Source: Chrysomallon squamiferum | Taxonomy: Eukaryota; Animalia; Mollusca | Length of the DNA stretch: 64,000 nucleotides | Reading direction: 5' to 3' | NCBI GenBank assembly: GCA_012295275.1 | Contig: CM022675.1 | Location: forward strand, 6,386,001-6,450,000 | Part shown: one piece after another, positions 32,535 to 64,000 of the stretch | Position numbering within the stretch: the stretch's first letter is position 1 | Layout of the letters: each line of letters starts with the position of its first letter | Position numbers and translations under genes: made by a program | Notes under the pieces: model-generated | Database searches by the model: none | What the model saw: the letters and a program-made list of their open reading frames with translations, nothing else | What the model was told of the DNA's origin: nothing

Positions 32535-35500
32535 CAACATTAAAGAACAACATGGTACATTAATAACTATCATAATGTTCATGATATTGAAAACAGAAAA
32601 AAATCTCATCAAGGTTAAATATCACTTGACCATTTAAACTTTTGTGATATTACCAAAATGACAGCTGTGGTAAAATTTTGCACTGGAATCATTTAAAATC
32701 TCGTATTTTAATAAGTGTAATAAAATATATTTTTACACTCAAAATTTATTGTTGTTTTTGATTTGTATCATCAAATATTCTTCTGAAATTCACTTTTAAC
32801 TGAATATTATTATTATGCATGTTTATAAATTACTATTAAATGTGTAGCCACCAAGCTTTGCTAATGATAAAGTATAAAGTAAAATAATGAACTAATGATG
32901 ATGCAATGATGCTGATAATTTACAGTTTTTCATTTTATTATTAACTTAAAAAAACTGATGTTCAAATAACCAGATCCTCTCTCTTGCAAGAGTCAATTTA
33001 TTTAACAGTTTTTGCTGATGACAAATCAAGTAATCAAGAAATAAAGTATAGAAAGTACAAGATCCTCTCTCTGCTAGGGATTCACTGATATCACAGTTTT
33101 GACTTCTCTCATGCCTATAGTGCCTAAACACTGGAATATCTTTTCACTTTTTCATCAGACTAATATGATGCCAGCATTCTTTATTTGGTAATTAAAATTT
33201 TTGCAGTTAAATAACAGTATCCACGTGCTTTTTTATGAAGTTGGAAGGAAATGTTGGATGGAATGTGTAGGCAATCATTTCCATTACTACATTCAGTTTC
33301 TTTTCAAGAAGATGTCGACTGATTGTTATGCATGGTTTGACAAACTGGGCACATTTCAGAGTCAAAATGAGGGTGCATGTTCCAGTTAATAGAATAATTA
33401 ACAGATTAAGGAATTTGTATCTAAAAAGTGAAAATTGGACTAAATACAGAGCATTCGTTTAGCCATGACAGTGAAAAGATTACATTAAAACAGGAATAGG
33501 CTGTTGCTCAGTCCTTAATTTATAGGAACAATTTGACAGTTAATTATCATTTTAAGTGTGTTAGGTTTTAAGTCAGTCATAAGTGCCATGATGAAGTAAT
33601 TTTCTGTTCCAGCCAATGTGAATGTTTTATTAGTTTTTATAAATGTACTTATTATCTGTAGCAAAACAGAATTAGTTGCATTAATAAATCAAACCTATTT
33701 CAAAAACCTTTCTCTATATATTTTCCCATAAATAAAAAATTACAAATGTAACAAAATAAAAACAACTAGACATATTTTTAATTATATTTTTATTTTTTTC
33801 TATTAATGTACATATATTTTAGTATAACAAAGATTTAACAATAAATCATTATCTTGCAATAAAAAAATGTTTTAAAAAGTTACAAATTACAGTAATTATT
33901 TTAAAAATTATATATTTCTAAATTTATAATAATGACAGTTTTAAAAAAATTATAATGCAGTGATATTTCATACATTTCCAAATTTCCAAATTAGAAATTA
34001 CGTATAGATCAGAGAAAACTAGTGAAAGTTTGTATGTATGTGCTTGTACCTATGCTTATGTGTATTATTATTTTTTAATAATAAACAAATAAAAGAAATT
34101 AATGTGTTGATCAAGATTTTCAAGATTTATTAAATATTTTATCAAAGGAAATATATTTTACATATAACTTATTAAAAAATAATAATAATAAAAAAAGCAT
34201 AAGGTTTTGTTTTAATTTTCTTCAGGCTATTCTGTGTTAACTCAATCTAGTAATGCTTATCTAAACATAATTAGATAAAGTAAATGATGAGAAAATACAT
34301 AATTAAAATTTTAATATAATAATTTTAAAATCAGATAAATAAATTTGAAAAACACAAGATGGCATAAATAAAATATTAAATTGAGAGACTAAAATTTTAA
34401 AGTTTAGAAAAAAATCATTTTAAAATATATAAGGTGATATAAATAAAATACTAAAATAAAGTTATAAAATCTTAGGATAAACAAGTTTAAAAAGTGGAGG
34501 ATGGATTTTAAATAAATTATGATGATAAAAATAAAAAGATTTAAAAGAGATAAACAAATTAAAAATCTACAGGACGGAATAAATAAAATATTATAGAGAG
34601 TCAAAAATAATTTTAAGCAGCTAAATAAATATAAGTGGACAGAAAATACCACATCCAATACAAAACTAAATTAACTGATAATAAAAATATGTCTGACATG
34701 TTATAATTACTCACTATTAAATTTAAATAGTTGTTGTTCGATACAATTATTACCTGAAATAAAACAAAATTTGTAATATATTCTACATGTAAATATTGTT
34801 TAAAATATTACAAAAATTTCTATAATACACCTTACATGAGATATAAATAAAAAAAATACATTAATCCTTCAATTAATATGATAAAAATAGTTTCATTTCT
34901 AGGAAGAAGAAGAAAACCTGAATTTGCATATATAAAAGGAAAGCAAAATTACAAATTCCACTGACGTAACAAGATGAATTATAAGGATTATAGTTTAAAA
35001 AATAATAATAATTAAATAAAATTTCTTTAGAATTTTAATAATAATGAATAAAAATATTACAAACAACATTGTAAATTTATTAGAATACCAGGTCCACCAA
35101 TTCTTAATGTCAAAATTAAAAATTATGATTGAAAGAAAAACTTCCATATTTGTGCAGGAACACACACTATTTGGATAATGTGAGAATTATATTAAAACAA
35201 TCATTTAATTTTTTTGATTTAAATTAACAACAAAAAACATTAAAACATAACAAACAAAAATACAAAAACAACATGTAACAAAAATTAAAGTAACTTGTGA
35301 AAAAAAGAACACTTGAAGAAACCTATTTTCTTCTGATTCAATAAAATAAAATATTTCTCTGTTATTAAATATAAAGCATCATAAAAAGTACATTATAAGA
35401 TCATTTCCTTACAAAAAGTAACTAATCACTCTTCAAAAACTAAGTACTGATTTATAGAATCATTTTTATTTGGAAGCAATATGGCTTCCTCCAGTTTTCT

Positions 35501-37753
35501 TCAATTCTTCTTATGTTATTATGTGACCATAGATCCACAGAATATTAAATATGTATTCAGAATCTTTTTCCATTAAAGTAATGACTACTTTATGACTTCA
35601 TGTTACTGGGTTATCATAGTTCAATAGAATATTAATATTATGTATTTGGTATCTTTTTTTATTTAAAGTAATGACTACTTTATGTCTATATGTTACTATG
35701 TTACAGTTCCATAGAATATTTAACATTATATATTTAGTATCTTCTTTTTTTAAAGTAATGACTACTTTTGAATTATTGATTGCTTAAATCTAAATAACAG
35801 AAGTAAAATGCTTTCCTCAGCATTTTTTTTAATCTGTTTTATTAATGTCACCAGAGATACATAGAACAGTAAGTACTAGGTATATAGCAATTTTTTTTTA
35901 AAGTAATGACTACTTCCGGAAGTATTCTTTAAAATATTAAAAAGAATTTAATATGAACAAGAAATTCAAAAAGACTTCCTCCTTGTTATATTATTGTATC
36001 AGTGAATAGTTAGTATATTTTTGCTGTAATAATGATTTATTTCTAAATCATTCTTTAAAATACTAATTGCTGACAACTGATGAATGTGAAGAAGAAGGTT
36101 AAATTGGCTTCCTCCATTTTTCTCGATTGCCTTGTTATAGTATTTGTGCCACCAGAGACATATATTATATAGAATAGTCCTTTTAAATATTTATTTATTT
36201 ATTTAATCAAATGATGACTACTTTAAAAATTATTCTTTAAAATACTAACTGCTTGCTGTTACATATGATAACTGATTATTATTTAGAGGTTACAACATCA
36301 TGAAAAGAAAATGGCTGCCTCCATGTTTTTCAGTGTCACAGTCACAGTCACAGTCACAATCATCTTTCTAGATGAATAAGTGGCAAGGTGTAACTGCCAT
36401 AAAAACTAAATGTGAAGAACCTGTGTGTGTCTTTCTGTCTGTCTGTCTGTTTGTCTGGCATTAAACAGTGAACTATTCATGTTAAATATCATTATTATTA
36501 ACTGTCAAGTTAACAAGGAGAAAGTTCAAGTCACATAATCCCCTATGGTGACATTATATAATCAGGGTAGAGAAAACTAAAAGTATAAAACATATATTTA
36601 TATGCTAAAATAATTAAAATGCTAAATAATTTCTATGAATTATCGCTCTCATTTTTATATTATAATTATGTACTCGTACCAGAAGTAATAGAAATTAAAT
36701 TTTTATGGTCTAAAACTAGCATTTATTTTAAATATGGCACTAAATATTTTTTTAATATAATTTTACAATGTGAAAACCTAAAATACTATTTCTAAGATAA
36801 TCTGATAATATAAATATTACTTAAAATATTAAATAAAAAAAATAATCACAAAACATTATATCACAAGGCACGTATTTTGATATGACGCTTATACATATAC
36901 ATGTAAAAACACAAAATTAAAAAAAAAATGGAATGTTTTTCAGAGACAAAATACTCTTAACAATTATCTGAATAAAATGACTGATTCCTCATACATTAGG
37001 TAAACATTATTTTGTTTTTCAATACATAATAAAAGTAAACAGACTTTAAATACACCTACTTGTTATCTTAATAAAGCAGAAATGATAAAATATTTGTTTT
37101 ATTATTATACATAATTAACGCATGTAATATCCAGATTGCACTGCACTTAGAAATTATATTAATATAAATGTATTAATTATTTTAATACACTTTTTTTTAA
37201 ATTTTAACAGAATAAAATCCAAACAAATATATTTTTATTTAGAAATAAATAGATGAATTTTTTCTCTTTTATTTTCAAGAAAATATGAAAACATGGTTTA
37301 TCTTTATGATGTGGTTCATGTTCATGTGCACGTTTTAATTACAAAAACAAATTTTTTTATGAAACAATTTCACCAACATAGACAGCTAAATTTGCATGAA
37401 TTTATCATAATTTAAGAAAGAAAAACAATTTTAAAAATATCATCAGTACTCCTTTCTCCAAAATTTAAAACTAAAATTATAGCAAGTATTTATAAAATAA
37501 AATATAGAAAATATCTTTTTTTTAAAATAACAGACACTTCAAGTATTTTGAAACTAAAAACAACATAAAATTTTTTTAATTTAATAAACAGTAATAAAAG
37601 TTTGACAATATGTAAATATGTCCAAAGAAAGGTAATTTATAACACGGTTTATAAAAATCACTGAACTGTCCTTTAAGAAATTTGTAAAACATTTTTTTTT
37701 AAATTGCCAATTATCTTCTGTAGAATTTCAGTCTTGCACAATTCACAATTCAT

Positions 37754-60424
<22,671 letters not shown>

Positions 60425-61055
60425 GTTGCTGCCTGGATAAAGAAAAAAAAATATGAAAATGCAATTATAAAACGATTTTTAATTGCTGCTGTAATTGTTA
60501 TTGTTAATAATTTGTTCCTGTTGTTGTCGTTGTTGTTGTTGATAATTCTGATATTTTGTTGAAGATAATGATGTACGCTGTAATTTTTCTTTAAAAAAAC
60601 CCAATGAAAATTGATAGATAATTGTGATATGTATGAATGTGTGTGTGTTCAAATGCATAATCTAAGTACTATTCATTTTCAATAATAATAATAAATTAAT
60701 GAATCCTATCAAGATTATTGTTATTGATTGTTACTTTCGTGTTATGCAGAACGGCATATGATAGGGAATGTTTATTTAAAGGACAAAATATATATATTTT
60801 TATTTGTAATACATTTTATAAAGAGAAGCGATAAATATATGAATAAATTAAAAACATTAAAAAATATAAACATTAATTTACCTTGTATTTGACACTTTCT
60901 TGTTTTGTTTGTGTTGTTAGGCTGCCATTACAAAAACAATTTTTAGACTGGCATTCAGTAGCTTTTTTTTTTAAGTAGCGTCTTCTTTAAAACCTATTCG
61001 TAACAATGAATTCTTATACAGAATGAATACCAGTCTAATATGAAACAAGCACCTA

Positions 61056-61118
61056 CCGGAAATGACATATGACCTTTTTCTCTAAATCATTCAGACGATC
61101 AGTAGCATCGGGATACAT
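61056..61118 (+). promoter_or_regulatory. Putative NACA core promoter: ETS-like CCGGAAAT, pyrimidine-tract (TCT/TOP-like) start and short non-coding exon 1
   Basis: CCGGAAAT at 61056, CCTTTTTCTCT at 61073-61083, donor GTAAGA at 61119. Typical of translation-machinery and snoRNA host genes. Confidence 0.5.
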
Positions 61119-61552
61119 GTAAGAGAACAATCTTCTATTTTAATCTCTTATATATTAAACATCGTAACACAGTATTTAATCATATGTAAAGTAAATATCT
61201 CGTATATGTTATTCTCTTAATATTTCGTTAAACAAACCCAGATTTATTTCTATAATACAGCGTTTTCAAAAAGCATGTTTACATGAACGTTGTAAATTAA
61301 ATGAGCGTGCAACAAAGGTGTTCCACGGTGTTGTGAAGTTGATTATTCCATTCACTTATGTTTGTTGATCCTAAGTGAAATAATTTTCAAAAGAAGTCAG
61401 ACAAACTGAACAAATTTAAATCATCTTTCAAGTTAGATTTGGTTTTGTTTCTTAAATAATAAATCTGAATCGGTGAATGGAAATTAAAAAAAAGCTTCAT
61501 TACAACATGGTTTTAATACATTTTCCAACACTTTTTTTCAGCCATCAGCAAG

Positions 61553-63250
<1,698 letters not shown>

Positions 63251-63514
63251 TGACAATATATCACATCAGGCATCAGTATTATGAAAGTTTCCACTGTTTT
63301 TAATAGTCTGTGCCCTTTGGTATTAAAATTTTAGCTCTTTGTACTTAATATTTCAATGTTTTGGTGGGTTTGCATATTATTAAATTCAGGGGTTTATTTA
63401 AATGGTGTTTTGGATATAAAATTATCTTTTTTTTTTAAATATGTAAACTCATTAAAGTTGAGCGTGGTTTAGAAAATGTCTTTAATGCCTGGGTGACATG
63501 TAAACACTTATGTA

Positions 63515-63604
63515 ATACTTGTTATGATGATAGTTTTTCCCCGTCTTATCGACATGTGCAGAAAAACAAATTGCATTTCAAGCCATTTTATCTGATGCAA
63601 GTAT
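63515..63604 (+). ncRNA. Intronic box C/D snoRNA, copy 2
   Basis: Box C ATGATGA 63524-63530, box D CTGA 63592-63595, stem ATACTTG/CAAGTAT. Shares TTTTTCCCCGTCTTATCGACA and TCAAGCCA with copy 1. Confidence 0.85.
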
Positions 63605-64000
63605 ACATATATTATTATTAAACCATGTCTTTTCTCATCTTTTTTTCTTTGATGTAGTCATTTTAAATTATCTTGTCCAATGTATAACAAATTTTATCAA
63701 ATTAGTAATGGTTAAAAACTATATTGTGCTTGTATGTATGTATGTAAAAAAGAGATTATTATTTATTATTTTTGCTAGTGTACCTGTGGTATGAATAGTA
63801 AAAAAAAAAAAATATACTGCATGCATCTAAGTTATCCAATATATCATTACTGATAATATGACAGTAAACTGTTATCATTAAATAAAAAAGTTAATGTTAA
63901 TATTTTAATGCTAGTCTTGTAAATTAATTTTCTTGATTTCTTTTTCTTCTCTTTTAACACTTTTAATCATTTATATGCTAAGGAAAAAATTAGGCATTAA

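Overview
AT-rich, microsatellite-dense, intron-rich metazoan genomic DNA, probably a lophotrochozoan such as a mollusc (inferred, not proven). Gene models were assembled by hand from splice sites and reading phase, so boundaries need RNA-seq confirmation. Left to right: (1) three hedgehog-related Hog (Hint plus sterol-recognition) genes. One is intact and encodes signal peptide + 40-aa 8-cysteine peptide + Cys-Phe-initiated Hog domain; one is partial with a frameshift; one is a pseudogene. (2) MTPAP on the - strand, with a long-TIR Sola2-like DNA transposon in intron 2, head-to-head with (3) its paralogue TUT1/Star-PAP on the + strand, whose last exon has a 1-nt frame break. (4) A ~22 kb - strand gene fusing a DZANK1-like N-terminal domain to two annexin tetrads (8 repeats). 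(5) Divergently, the 5' part of NACA, hosting two paralogous intronic box C/D snoRNAs. The best candidate for an undescribed system is the secreted Cys-rich peptide / Hog autoprocessing gene family at 0.8-10.3 kb.
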